Source: Lineus longissimus (lineage: Eukaryota). From it: a stretch of 64,000 bases of DNA. The translations under genes and the position numbers were made by a program. Where the stretch lies: contig NC_088308.1 in NCBI RefSeq assembly GCF_910592395.1, positions 1,798,001 through 1,862,000 on the forward strand. The letters are read 5' to 3'. The notes below the pieces were generated by a model. It did no database searches, was not told the DNA's origin, and saw only the letters and a list, made by a program, of their open reading frames with translations. Shown here piece after piece: positions 36,939-50,482 of the stretch; position 1 is the stretch's first letter, and each line of letters starts with the position of its first letter.

Positions 36939-39166
36939 CATCTCTAGCAAAGGTAGAATGGTCCTGCTCCAAGATCCGAGCATCTGTTTGTTGATTCGCT
37001 CAGCATGTTCAAGGAAAAAGATTGAACACAAGTACATTATTAGTCTAAAGCCATTTATTTTCATGTCATAAAATTGCAAAATCCCATAGCCACAAAATAT
37101 TAATGGCTCGTAAAAAACATTGCATGATTGGCCAATTGAAAACATTCATGATTACAAACATTTTCAACAGACTGATTCCCCAAGTTGGTCCCTTCTACAA
37201 AATCTTTCTTTTGCATTGGAAATCACATCACCATCAAACGGTGAGCTTACCTTGCTACCAGAAGTTGGTCCCTGGCATCATATGGGGCAAATACTCCACC
37301 AACTCTACCAGAGTGTGACTCTAAGAAAAAACAGATTCCAATCCTCACCATGACATGAGCATTGACATAAGATATACAGTAAGAATAAATACTGGTGAAT
37401 GAGGTATCCCATCAAAGGAAACTAGATACAGGCCTTCATGTACATGTATAAAGAAGTAAAATATTCTCCCAGTTCAATGCTCAGGCCTGTCTCAACTGGA
37501 TAGCACATGTATAATATTTTTAAATAAAAACTCTATGGAAAACATCTAACAACAATGAAATACATCACAGTAAATAACAATCACCATCTCTGTAATTGTA
37601 AACCACCAAATTTTCATTTGAGAAATCCACTGTCCACTTTAAGTAGCAAAGTCTGAAGTGCCCTTCGAAACTATATTCATGGCAGGGAGGCAGTATCTGG
37701 CACACCTCCTCTTAACAACTTGTTCGGACAATAAATGTAAAGAGTACACTGACAGGAAATATCCAGTATCAACTCTAAGTCTAACACAAAAGAGAAATAA
37801 ATGCACATCGAAATGCACAGGGTCTGCAAAGAAAATCACCCCTCCATTTATGTATACAAAAGATGCACAAGATAAGGTAAACAAAAGCAGACAACATGCC
37901 CAGCATCAAAAATATGTAAGCGAGCCCCAAATATTTGCAGAGATATTAATTTTTCGGCTTGCTTATATATTTTTGCCAGTCCAAAATGTTTGTAAACAGT
38001 CAGATGGGAACAATCAAGCAATGTTGAAAACCTGACAATCATACTGTACTCTGCACATGCAGGTCCCTTGAGTTTGAATAGCAGCAATTAGATCAACAAT
38101 CGACTGACAACTGCAGCAGTTTTTGTTTTTGATATGACAGAAACAAGAGGAGCCAGATGTCAGCTTTCTGCTCCTCAAAATTTCAGAACAGATTATTTCA
38201 AAACTCGGTCCACAGAGTTTGCATCTACCTTTGCCCATTGACAAGGTAACTGCAGCAGTTTTTATTCATATGACAGTAGAAACTTGGACTTGTGGTCCAC
38301 CATTTTAGTTATCAACTTGAACATGTACATCGCTGTAGGCATTGGTCACTGATTAACTCCATGCATTTTCTGCACCTTTATCATACACATACTTTACAAA
38401 ATTGAATACACCAAACGAAAAAAGTATTTTCTTCTACAAGTCCATCAAGTGTTTTCAAACATAAATGTATCATAACATGCAGACTATTACCATTGTAACA
38501 AAAACATGAGCTACAAATCTCAGAATCATAAACTAAGAAATGATAAATAAGATTTTTGTAGACTAACGTACATTGCCAACGACATATGAATTGACCACAA
38601 TAAGGCTACAAAACTGAACGCACCTGAACCAACTCTCAATGACAACAACATTCTTAACACACGTTGCTGATTACAATGTTATGTGTATTATAGACACTGC
38701 CTCATTTCGGCAGCAGCAATTGTGGCATCTCGATTTTTCTCAACCGAGATATGGACGGTGCGCTTGAGTTGCACATGCAGCTGAGCCGACAGAGCAGAAC
38801 CCAGGATCAAAGAGAGTTTTCAGTAACTTTTGTGCGGACAACTCATAAAAGTTAGATGTGATAGAAAATAACATTGCACAGTTCAGTCTCTGCACTAGAA
38901 TCCCTGCTGTGATCAGTCAATGGAAGTAACTTGCATTCAAAAGCCTTCCTTCCTGATTTATGCACTCATATGTAACTGTATACATCCCAAATACAAGAAC
39001 AGATTACCTCAAGGTGAAAATGCCCCGGTCATAACCGGCCCATACATGTGACTTAGTGCTACACAACTGAGCCTGTCAATGCAATAAAGAAGAAAAAAGA
39101 GGTAGTAAAGCTGACAGGTCAATGAAGAAGTTGACACAGTCACTGATTCAAACTGAGTTACTGTTG

Positions 39167-40362
39167 TCATCGTGGTGGCATGTGGACTTCTGCGGTAGAT
39201 TCTGCATAACTTGGAGGTGTGTGAATGTATGACGGTGGCTCCATGCAGTATTCGGGAGGAGTCAGAATTCCACTTATGCTGCCCAGAGAGTTCGGAGAGC
39301 TGGTAACGATCACTCTTCTTGGGGGTTCACTGGGTTGTTGGTCGTACGTGGAGGGGTCTCCATAAGGGGTGTACGGAGGTGGTGGCTCACTTGGCAGGTC
39401 AGAATCTGGGTCTTCCCCTTCAATGAAAATAACATTTAGAAAATGACTGGATGATTTACACTTGAGCAACCAGGTAACCCACACACTTTTAAGTGAATGA
39501 AGAACTTTTGTAGTCATTCAAGGCATTAAGAAGTAAAATCTGTTTTGAAACTTAATAATTAAACTAGGAATGACAAGACACCCACATTTGACTAAGGCTC
39601 TAACAGTGGCAACAATACATATTATCTAAGGACCAGTATTATCAATTACTTACCATTGGCAATTCTATTGGTCCTGTTTGCCCGGCAACGTTCATGATGT
39701 CGATGTTGCTTCCACTTCTTTGAAATGAATAGCTTTCCAAGGACAAAACTCCCTAATATCATGATCAACCCAGCAACTGTGGATAAGAATGACAAATCAT
39801 GATGCTGCGATGTCAACGCTAGGGAAATATCTACAAAGAGTATAGGACAATCTTAAGAACCCTTTAGCCATCATTAATTAAACCAGTATTTGGTGACAAG
39901 GCATGGATAGGCAACTACATTGAGGACCCACGTTGCAGTCATACAGACAGAAAGACAGCCCTTATTTACTAACTTAGTCAATCTTTGCAATTTCATTACA
40001 GTGTTCTTTCGCTTGTTTAGAAGATTCTTTTTTGGCCTTATACTAGGCTAGTCTCGGAACTTACCTATGGCTAAAATGCAAACTAGCAAAGGCAAGGATG
40101 TCATCTGATGGTGGTAGGCATGTTCAACATAAATCCCCCCCAAAATGACAAACGTCAGTCCCAGCACTGCCACAAGGGTGTAAGCAAAGAAAACACGTAG
40201 CCATAACTTTTTGGTCCACACTGGCTCGTCTTTCCAATTGGTCCTCGCTTGTCCATATGCAGCACTGCCTCGCCTCGGATGAAAGGAATTCCTGTAGAAT
40301 CCAGGTCTGTCCCGCCTCCCAAGATGAGTTGATGGGAGGCGACACATGCTTACAAAACTCAT
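39167..40362 (-). CDS. Uncharacterised 223-aa membrane protein, two TM helices and a C-terminal tail with four PPxY motifs
   Basis: Exons 40065-40362, 39654-39776, 39167-39417 (672 nt, in frame, GT-AG). Hydrophobic stretches VFFAYTLVAVLGLTFVILGGIYV and LPLLVCILAIVAGLIMILGSFVLG; PPPY, PPEY, PPSY, PPSY in the tail. Confidence 0.8.
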
Positions 40363-41171
40363 GATGCAGCCATTTTAGTTCCTTTGTATACCATACCCTA
40401 CTATAAAGAAGAAAAAGTGATTTGAAAATTAAAGTATAAGGTGTTTCTATCAGGATGAGGGCAGGGACGACAAACAAGAATCAATCATGATCGAAGGGTG
40501 GGGGTCTGTTCCTTTTTTACAGAGAAGAAAATGGTCCCCCAGTGGTATAATGGGCGTGATTTACCTCATTCTGAAGGAGCTCAAATTGCTTCAGGATCAA
40601 GTTCTAGTCAAAATGGTGTTGCTGTCCGCTGTCGAAACATACATAACATCCCCATGGCATTAGCCTAGGCCAAGGCCCAACTGCCTAGCATGCTAGTCGC
40701 TAGTGGATGGTGCCTTGGTGGTTAGGTGGAGGAGCTAGAGTATGTTCTTCCCACCTTTGCTTGTGCTCGGAGTCTGGCCAGTCTAGGCTCTGCCGGTAGA
40801 GAGAGAGCACAGACTCAGTTGCCTCAGTTGCCTCATTGCGTTATTCTGATTGGTGATTGAGGAAGGTCAACCAGTCAAGTCATGAAATCAAGGGTGTGGT
40901 TGCAATGTCTTCAATGTCGTCCGATAAATAGGCTCATATGAAATTTGTGTACACTGCAGCACATGAATTTCTGTACTCGGACAGCAAATAGCCATGGTAT
41001 GTTTTAGGTGCAAAAGGATGGAACCATACCTTCAGTAAACTAATTACAAGAACGCCTGATTCTTTTGCAACCCTCTTTCATTTTCCGGAATCAATATGTA
41101 CTAGATGGGACCCTTAAACATCATTTTTTTACGATTCAATATCGAGGAAACGAAATAAAAGTGGCCATGTT

Positions 41172-41197
41172 TGTTTACATTTTTGAGTGTGACGTCA
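41172..41197 (+). promoter_or_regulatory. Forkhead-type site (TGTTTAC) and palindromic CRE (TGACGTCA) just upstream of the WBP2 start codon
   Basis: Exact consensus matches at 41172-41178 and 41190-41197 in the divergent intergenic region; function not shown. Confidence 0.35.
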
Positions 41198-41205
41198 TCA
41201 ACAAA

Positions 41206-43656
41206 ATGTCGCTTAATACGGCTCACGCCAACGGAGGAGTTCTTATTTACGCTGGAGAAAGGTAACTATGCCTATTCTCTTTACATCTTTGATTTATTCT
41301 GATACTTATATATCGTATTGTTAGCTTGTAGTGTAGAAAACCACCAGAACTCGCCAAAGAATGAGTTTGTTAGGCCAGATGTTCACGATGTCGCAATATT
41401 TTGTCCATAGGCCCTAAATAGAAATTTCTATGTACTGAGGATACACAGGATTTTTGCGAACCCATTTGTCGAATAGCAGCACAATCAGAAACGCAGCTTG
41501 TTACGAAACGAAATAGATCATCACACAATAAAATAGAAAAGTGCCCTGCCTTGGCATGATACGTCGTATCATTATGACGGCGCCTGTCGAATTGCCAACA
41601 GAAGTAACGCTGAAGCCAACTAGATCATGGACATAATAACGCCGGTTACCAGTCGAGCCAAAGGAGTCGATACTGACGATGTCATATGACCAATTCTTAT
41701 CCTGATCCTCTGTCCACCCTGACCCAGCCAGACATGCTCATGCGATGCGGCAACTGTGAATTTTACCATTAAGAGTATGACTGTGATTACAGCTGCATTC
41801 ACATGGACAGTTGTCATCTCATGACATGCGAGTATTACATTGATGATGCCACAACACTTCATGATGAATGATACAACATGTGATGTCAAGTTTCACTCCT
41901 TTGATCTAATTGCAGGATCCTTATCTTCTATGATGGTATCGAATTTGTCATAAAGAATCCAAGTGTATCAGAGTTCTCTGGAAAGAAACATGGACGTGTT
42001 TACCTAACATCACATAGGGTAGGAAGAATTTCATACCAATTTTGTTTAAGATTTTACTTTACACTTATTTCTGAGATCGTCGTTGTTTAACCTTCCATCA
42101 AGAATGAGTTAGCCAGTTTGTGAAATTCTGCTTCAAAATTCAATGCTATTTTATATTTTGCTGATGCTGCCAAGTGAAGTGAGATGTATTCCTGCTACAT
42201 AGAGTTTCCATCTTGCTGTATCAAATTGCTGAATGAATAACTTCATTTTATACATTTTAGGTGATTTTTAACTGCAAAAAAACAGACCATCTGCAGTCTT
42301 TTTCCATTCCCTTCAAATGTATGAGGGAGGTCAAGCTAGAACAGCCAATATTTGGAGCAAATTATATTAGTGGAACTGTTATCGCTGAAACTGAAGGTAT
42401 GAATCAAAGTTTCGTTGATTTCAAAAGTCTTCTAAAAACATGGATCACTTGTATGATCCGTCAACATGTACCTTTAGATATTTCAAAAACGATCTGCATT
42501 TTCTAAGTATTTCTTTCATTCACATGACTAAATGACCCTAAGTGAAGGCTGTAAGTTGTCATTTTGTAATACCTGTTCATTCTTGTAGGAAAGTGGCAAG
42601 GTCAGGCAACGTTTGAGCTACACTTCACGCATGGAGGTTGTATTGATTTTGGTCAAGCTATGCTGGAGGCTGGAAAAAGAGGTAAGCACAGTGGCACAGT
42701 GGTAAGAAAAACACAATGGTTACCAATGGTTAACACACATTCCATAATAGCCTGGGCATCACATGCCACTGAGCAACATTCAAATTCTGTCTAGTTATAT
42801 TGAAATCTGTTTTGGGACTTACTGTTTGTGTTAATTTGATTGCGATTTTATTCCCTTTGCAGCATCAAGGAACAGGACAAGGCAACCCCCTCCCTACTCA
42901 CCACCTCCTGCTGGACCATATTATGCTGCTCCCCCACCGGCATACGCTCCGGCTATGAATGATCCGATGTATAACTTCGTACCATATCAGACATTCCCTG
43001 AGCAACCTCCAGGTAAGGAGCGATTGTTTTTCTCTAATCTTAAAGTGATATCATCCCGGACTTCTCTCTTGTGACTCTGGTCTCAGATGAACTGTGAATG
43101 GAAGTAATAATCAGTCACCACTGAATCCCTTTTATTTCCATTATGACGAAAGATTTCTTGTTATGTCAAGTTAGCTCACCAAGGCCTTATCATTGAAATA
43201 ACTTGAATTGGGGGTATTGTTTTAACTGGCCAAAAAAATTAACTTCTGAGTAATATTCGCCTATGGGAACTGGTCTTGCCATGTAATAGTCTACTTAAAT
43301 TTTTATCTTTTACCTTGAATCCTTCACTATTTCTAGCGAATAGTGTCTACATGATGGAAGCGCCGCCGCCATATCCTGGGATCGATCCCAATCCACCACC
43401 ATACAACCCTAACATGTATGGAGGAGCCCAGCAACCGATGGCCCAAGGTGGATACCCCCCAGCACAGCCTGGCTATCCCCCAGCACAGCCACCTCAACCT
43501 GGATTCAATGTGACCAATGGTTACCCGAATGGAAACGATGCCAAGGCCCAGGAGGCTTCACAGAGTGCTTACTACAATCCACAGCAGCCTCATAACGTCT
43601 ACATGCCCGCTTCTGCTCCACCGTCTTATGACGATGCAACTAAAAAACAGCAGTAG
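41206..43656 (+). CDS. WBP2: WW domain-binding protein 2 (WBP2/WBP2NL family): GRAM domain plus Pro-rich PPxY tail, 285 aa
   Basis: Exons 41206-41261, 41916-42018, 42261-42396, 42589-42681, 42863-43012, 43337-43656 (858 nt, in frame). MSLNTAH..GGVLI, GRVYLTSHRVIF, LEQPIFGANYI, GGCIDFGQAML, PPPY motifs, C-terminal PPSYDDATKKQQ. Confidence 0.95.
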
Positions 43657-46125
43657 GATTTGGCAATGTGTATTATTTATTGTTTCACAATCTAGCATGA
43701 ACTTTAGATGGAAAATTCACCAGGTCTTGTGACTGTTTTGCTTTAAGAGGCCTGGGAGGGAATGGGTCTGAGCATTTCGTTATGCTTGTTAAAGTGTGCT
43801 TATACTAGGTTTATGGTATGGGTATAAATAAAAATGTTGGCTGGGAATTGCCACAGGGAACTTCAATACTAAAAAACGGGCTAACTGTTGTGTGGTATCA
43901 AAATGTATCCACTTTACAAGTGTCTACACTATTTGTCTTATGTGATAATATCTGGAGCCTTCAGCCTAAATCACCAAAAGCATTATCAAATTACTTGGAT
44001 CTTACATTAATCTTTTGTTTTGGTCATATTTGGTGCTGTATATGGCACACTGTGCAATAACTTGAAATGTAACGCCAGAAAGTTTTGAAGAAACATGCTA
44101 TTCAGGCGATAACTGGCTGTCCTTATAGCATATCTCTTTACCTGCTATCAATTCATATGTACAGTTTAAAAATCTTGAAAGGTTTATGAATGTACTGACA
44201 GCCTGCTTGTCTGAGATGTTGGTAGTGGTAGATGTTGTAAATATTCGTACTGTATGTATATAGTGGCCTATGCCAACTTGATAAAGTTGGAATGAAATTC
44301 TGATTTGCATTACTTAAACGAAGGGGACATCTTGCCGGGCTGGCACTAGTAATGACCGAGTCCTGTCTGTCTGCAGAGGAGCTCATTAGCGTCAGGGTCA
44401 TCTTGACATGCAATGGCTCTTGAACATGTATGACAATAAGTCCCACTTATTAAGGTAAGGATTTGGACTTGTCAGGGTCAGATGTATATTTCCAGCCCAG
44501 CACTATCTTCCGCTAGTCCTCGTGAGTGATGCATGGGCTCTGTTTTGATGCGACTTTTATTGTAAGTAAATTCTTGAATGTGCACCATATTTATGCTAGT
44601 CAAATGTTCTGTAAGATTTTGGTAAATATCCATTAAAGGAGGAGTGAAGGGAGTTTTTGCCAAGGTTACAGAGTTCCTGTATACTGTGCAAGTGGTTGTG
44701 TCTAGGATGCATCAGAAAATAGTGATAAATATTCGGCAAATTGATCGTCTCGGGTGAAGCACCCACCTGGCTCCTGGCATCGGTCTCCCTTTTACACGAA
44801 GTCGGCTCTTCTGAATGTAAATAATATACTTGTGCTGTCACTGTGGTGTCCTAGTTCATGGATCTATAGCCTATTCCAGAGGACAGTGTTATAGATAGAT
44901 TGGGCCAAATTCTGACTGAAGGATAAGATCACTATGATGCCACAGTAAAATGTACCGTGACTCCTGTAAAAGGTTGTTATTGCCTGTTGAATAAATAATA
45001 AAATAATTTTATCTGCAAACTTAAATTTTGTCTGCTGTGTCTCAGTGACTTACAGACCGAGATTGCTGATACAGAGTTGCTTTGCTGGAATGATGTGGCA
45101 AGTCCTCATAACAGGGTCTCATCTGTGAGTGAATCCTTGACACCAGTACTTCCATTGACAGTGTCGCAACCTCGCCAAGGACGGTGAGGACACCCTCAGT
45201 ACTCTGTTAACACTAACAGCCCAACTTCCCAACGAATCGTCACTCCACCCTCTCTACGTTCATAGCACATGAAGTGTCACAGCTAGCCTTACAAAGGATC
45301 ACTTGTGAGGACATCCTCCGTATCCTGTATGCCCTATGGAGTGTCACAATCTAGCCGAGGACTGGTGGGGACACTGGCCCTTAGCAAGGTCTGTCATCAT
45401 CTTCGAGTACCTGAGGGTTTTTTTGTTTCTCCATAGCCCTAGTAGACGACAAGGACTGTCATCATCTTGGAGAAACGATGTCCCGGATCTCTCCTTAGCC
45501 TCAAAGACGAGGACCGTCGTCATAGAGAAACTAAGTCTCCTATGTCTCCTTAGACATGGGAGACACGGACTGTCATCATCTTGGAGTAACTGTGTTGTTG
45601 GTGGCAGCAAGTCAGTCCGAGCACAGCACATGGCCTTGGCAGATCTCTCTTCAGTATTTGCTGGACTCGAAGAGAGAGAGTGCACACATGCCCACGCGCG
45701 GAAACATCATTTCTTAGAGGATTCAGAAAAAGCCGAAAATCCTCGATCGAACTAAGGTTCGAGAAAGAAACAAAGGACACGTGCATAATAATCATCCTTG
45801 ATCTTTCACCACGTGTATTCTTTATTTTCACGAGTCGATTTTATATCATATGAGCTTGGAATGATACAAACACGGTTATCTACTTTTGGGTCGAACTACA
45901 AATTTCACTGCTGGCAGTTGTTATTGTCCAATATAGTGCGAGACCGGCAGCCAGAATATCATTCAGGCATTCGTGCAACACTTCGACGTCTGGTAGGTCT
46001 GGAAAGGCAAAAGGCACACCATTTCGCTGGGGATGACAAAGCTCGGTGATGTCCTCAGGTGCGCACAGTCCAAGAGAAGAGCTATCAGACGACAAGGACA
46101 CAAGTCCTGGTTTTTCACATTGTCC

Positions 46126-49100
46126 TCAAAAGAGGAGGAAACGACATCCTAGAAAAAAGAGAATGGTTGCATTAATGACCATTCGCGGACAGAGAGCTCA
46201 GAGCCCAATCGATGGATGAGACGAAACATCACATCAATGAAGGAATACGAATACGGTACATTGTGAGCCAGCACCTTTATCCTCAGAAATTCGGACTCAA
46301 TTTAGTGTCACAACTGGCTATCTTACATCGTGGCACACGACACTCATTGAAAATTCCGAGAGTAAGCCTTTGCAAGACATGATTATTCAACACGAAAGAA
46401 CTAAAAAGTTACATTTTCCCTTACAACCCCTAGAAATAACTAAACAATGCAAATACAGTTTACCAACTAAACCCTCTGTACTGTCGTTTCAACATCCACT
46501 GGAAAAGGAAGTGATTGATTGATAAGTTGCAATGAAACTGACATTATGATGATATTTCAGACAATCATGAGGTTCAAATTAGGTTTATACTTTCGAATAA
46601 TTCACCCCGAGCTGTAAAACGAATACTGTGAAGATGTACACTATACAGGCCGAAGCAAGGACAGTGGTATTTTGGGACAGTTTCGTGGAGTTCCCGCATC
46701 CTCAACGACAAAAGTCAGTGCCTCATATAGCGCGACCGTAAATCTATCCGTGTCAAAGATCAAAATTGTCTCCGAGGTTCGTGTTGTAACTTACGCGTAA
46801 TTCCTTTGGTTTTCACTGAAAACAACAACGTAAAGAATCGCAAATAACATTGGTTGTGATATGACAATGATACTGATAATTTCAGCAACCGGGTAAAGAC
46901 AGCCCTTCAATTATTCAAATTGTCGATAGTGTGAATAGTGAAATGGCAGTGGTTAGTCCCCCCTCCGTTTTACCTCGATCATTGCCGACTGCTCACGTTC
47001 ATAAGACGGAACCCTGTGTCTGATACCGACCCTGGATTGCAGTATGAAAATGAATGGGTGGGAGGGTGTGTTACTTACACTCTTTTTGAAGGAGATGGAT
47101 GTTATCATGTGAAACTGAAATGAATTAGCACAACAGTATAAATTTCTCCGTGATGCACATCACTGGAGAGAATATTCAAATGTGATGCCTTGGCCTGAGA
47201 CCTTATGCCGAGGACAGCGACGGCTTTCTCAAAAGCGCGAACTTTATGACACAGCGTGAATCTTCCTTTGCAAATTGTACATTCCCCGATACCAGTGTTA
47301 TCATGCCCTGGTGGAACCTGATGAGATCTCACTATCACCTTCACCACTCACTAGTCCATACTGCCATTGACCTAAATTGAACGCGTGTTGAGGTCCGAGG
47401 TCCTATCCACTTACTTTTACACATGCCATTATTGCTTTCCTTCTTCGTTCCTTTCCAACACTTGCCTTTCAGCGGACTGATGTGTTGCCCAGACAGCTTA
47501 ACGACCTCTGAAATGGAATGGAGAATTTTCAGGTTTTCATTTTACTCTGGGCTTTACCATCCTTTAAGAGTTCTGATTTTGTCTCTCGGATATCATTGTC
47601 CCAATTGGTGCCTTGAAAGCTCGATGTTCCTACGGACATACACTAGCTGCGACCCCTCCGTCATCATCAGACTACATGTATATGAATACTTTACCAGAGA
47701 GTTTCCAGGGGTGTACCTTAATCCATATGACATAGATAATTCGTCCCATGAATCTGTTATCTTATAGCTTTTAAATCACAATTTCTTTTTGAAACGAAAT
47801 CCTGCTCTCATACGAATGATAGAAAATAAAACTTACGCCCGTCGATGACGAACTCCAGTAGTTTATCCGGTTTAGCAGCATCTGAAATTTTCAATATTCT
47901 TGATTAATTTCGATAGTAGGTTTGCTACAGTTAGTTGCAACATGGAAATTGACATCCTTGTCAACTGGCAATATTATAAAGTGACCTCTCAGTAGGAGAA
48001 AGTGTCAGATATTCTGGTACGATTCTGTGCTAAGACACGGAGAAGAAGTCATCAGTAAACCTACCTACATGTATAGGATGTGACATTGTCTCCAGTGTAA
48101 TATTTTGATTACACCAGTTTAACGTCATTCTATGATAGTTTATTCGTCGATAGATTGACTGAAGTAGTACTTGTGCTTACCCTTTCTGACTTGTCCAGCT
48201 GTTGAGTGGAAAATACACACCGTTAAAAAGGACCGTGTGGTACATGTATAATCTTATATATATATATGTACCAACAAAACTAATGCAAGCGTAATACGGT
48301 CTCGCTAAATGCGGTCAGCGACCAACACTAACGCTGTATCGTTCACACGAATCATGAGGCAAAGAGGGAGGCAGAATACTATGTATCTGACATTACACTG
48401 ATCACTCGGTAAAAAGAAGAACCATGACTGTGTAAAATGTTTCGAAATGTTCCGCTCTGCCTCTCGCAAGACTGCCTCAGGTGAGAGTTAAATGGTGTCT
48501 ATGGAAAGGCTTACAGCACCCTAATATTGCTTCCTTACCAGCACCCTTTGCTACAGCTGGTTTCTTCATTGGACCTTTCACAGCTGCTACTGCTGCAACT
48601 GGCTTTTTCTTCGGTCCTATTGCGGCTACAAGTGGTTTCTTTGCTGCACCTGTTGCTGCTGCTACTGCAACTGGTTTCTTCTTTGCTGCTGTTGCTGCTG
48701 AAGCAGTACCCTTTGCCGCTGTTTGCGGCGCACCTTTTGTAGCTGGCCTCGTAGCAGTCTGTGCGTTTCCTGCTGCAGTCTTTTTGGCGACTGCTGCCGC
48801 TTTTTTTGCAACTGCTGCAGGTGTCTTTGCAGCCACCTTTGCTGGTCCCTTTGCAGCACCTTTTGCCGCTGGTTTTGCAACACTCTTCGCTACAACTGAT
48901 GCATTTGTAGTTGTTTTTGTCACAGCACTCTTTGCACCTCCTGCAGCTGGAGATATGGCAACTGCTGATGGTGTCTTTGCTCCAACTTTTGCCGCGGTTG
49001 TTGCAGCAACCTTTGCTGCTACTGGAGCAGCACCTTTTGCTTGTGCTTTAGTTGTTGCAGCACCCTTGTTTGGTGGTGGTGCACCCTTTGATCCTTGCAG

Positions 49101-50482
49101 TCCAGCAGCACCTGCCGCTCCTTGTGTCTTCGTAGTCGCCGGTGCTGGCTTCTTGGATGCTTTGTTTGAAGCAATCTTTGCCACTGGTGGTGCAGCGCCC
49201 TTTGTAGCTGGTTTCCTAGGAGCCGTCTTAGCACCTGCATTTCTTGCTGGTAGGTTCTTATTTGCTGCTGTTGATGAAGCACCCTTTGCCACCGCTGTTG
49301 CAGCACCCTTTATGACTGGTTTTGTCGCATCAGTCTTACAACAATCCCGTACTGGGGTCTTCGCAGCTGTTGGCGCTGTTTTCGAAGGACCCATCACCCC
49401 TACTGGTGCAGCACCCTTTAAAGCACCCATTTTCGCTGCTGCTACAGCACCATTTGTAGCTGGTTTCTTTGCCACAGTCTTAGATGCTACGTTTTTCGTA
49501 GCCGCTGCCGGCTTTTTCCCAGTTGCTGTTGGTTTCTTTGCAGTCGCCTTTGCCAGTGATGTTTTGGCAGCACCTTTTGCCCCTGAGAGTGCGGCCGCAT
49601 TTGTAACCGTTTTTTTGGCATTTGCCACTGGTGGTTTCTTTACAGCTACTGGTGATGGTTTCTTTGCCGTAGACTTTACGGTTCCTTTGACTGCTGATGT
49701 CGCAACACCCTTTGGAGGTGGTTTCTTGGCAGTAGACTTAGCATCTGTCGCTGATGGTTTTATACCAGTTGCTGCATTAGCTTTCGTTACACCGCCCTTT
49801 GCCGATGCTTGGATAGTGCTAGTACCCTTTGCTGCTGGCTGTGCAGCACCCTTTGCCGCTGGTGGTGCAGGTTTCTTTGCTGCTGGTAATGCGGCAGCCT
49901 TCGTTGCGGCCGCCTTCGCATTTGCTATTGTTGGTTTCGTTGCTGCTTTCTTCGCTGCCGTTACTCCTTTTGCTGAGATTGGAGCAGCGTCTGCCAGGTG
50001 TTTATGGGTCAATGGTAGCTTGTTTACATCCACTGATACCAAGTGGTTTGGTGGTAGTTTTCCTGCCGCTATAGTTTTCATTAAAGGGGCTCCTGGAAGA
50101 GGAAGTGAATGAAAGGTTTATGTCAATACTACAGGAGCTTGCCCACTTTTTACGATTTGTCTTACATGTATAGCGCCGTTATCTCAAGCGAAGAGCCATC
50201 TTAAATACAACGCCCCGATCAGTTGAAAAAATTGCATTAAAATTAATTACTATCATTGCCCAGTACGTGTAATAATGTGTTGCAACACAAAAATTGGAAT
50301 TGAATTTGTTGCTGGTGAAGGCTCTTTTCAAGTAGGGATAAAAGGTTCGCCACAAAAAGAATGTAACATGATTTAATGGGGAATATATAACTGTTTCTCT
50401 GTCTTACTGTCTTACCAGTCGTAATGGCAACAGCCATAGAGACCACCAGTAGCGGAAGGATCCATCTCCTTGCACTATCCAT
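46126..50482 (-). CDS. Secreted, highly basic Ala/Lys/Pro/Thr/Gly-rich low-complexity protein (~618 aa) with a micro-exon-encoded C-terminus
   Basis: Signal-peptide exon 50416-50482 (MDSARRWILPLLVVSMAVAITT-G), 1554-nt exon 48539-50092 (AKGA/AKKP repeats), then phase 1-1 exons 48181-48198, 47837-47881, 47415-47507, 47079-47114, 46795-46815, each with cag| and |gtaag. Tentative last exon 46126-46148. The first two exons are solid, the last is uncertain. Confidence 0.75.

Noticed and set aside
48481..50112. 543-aa plus-strand ORF rich in Ala/Phe/Gly
   Set aside because: Antisense shadow of the repetitive GCN/AAR codons of the minus-strand gene, which has the signal-peptide exon and matching splice sites.
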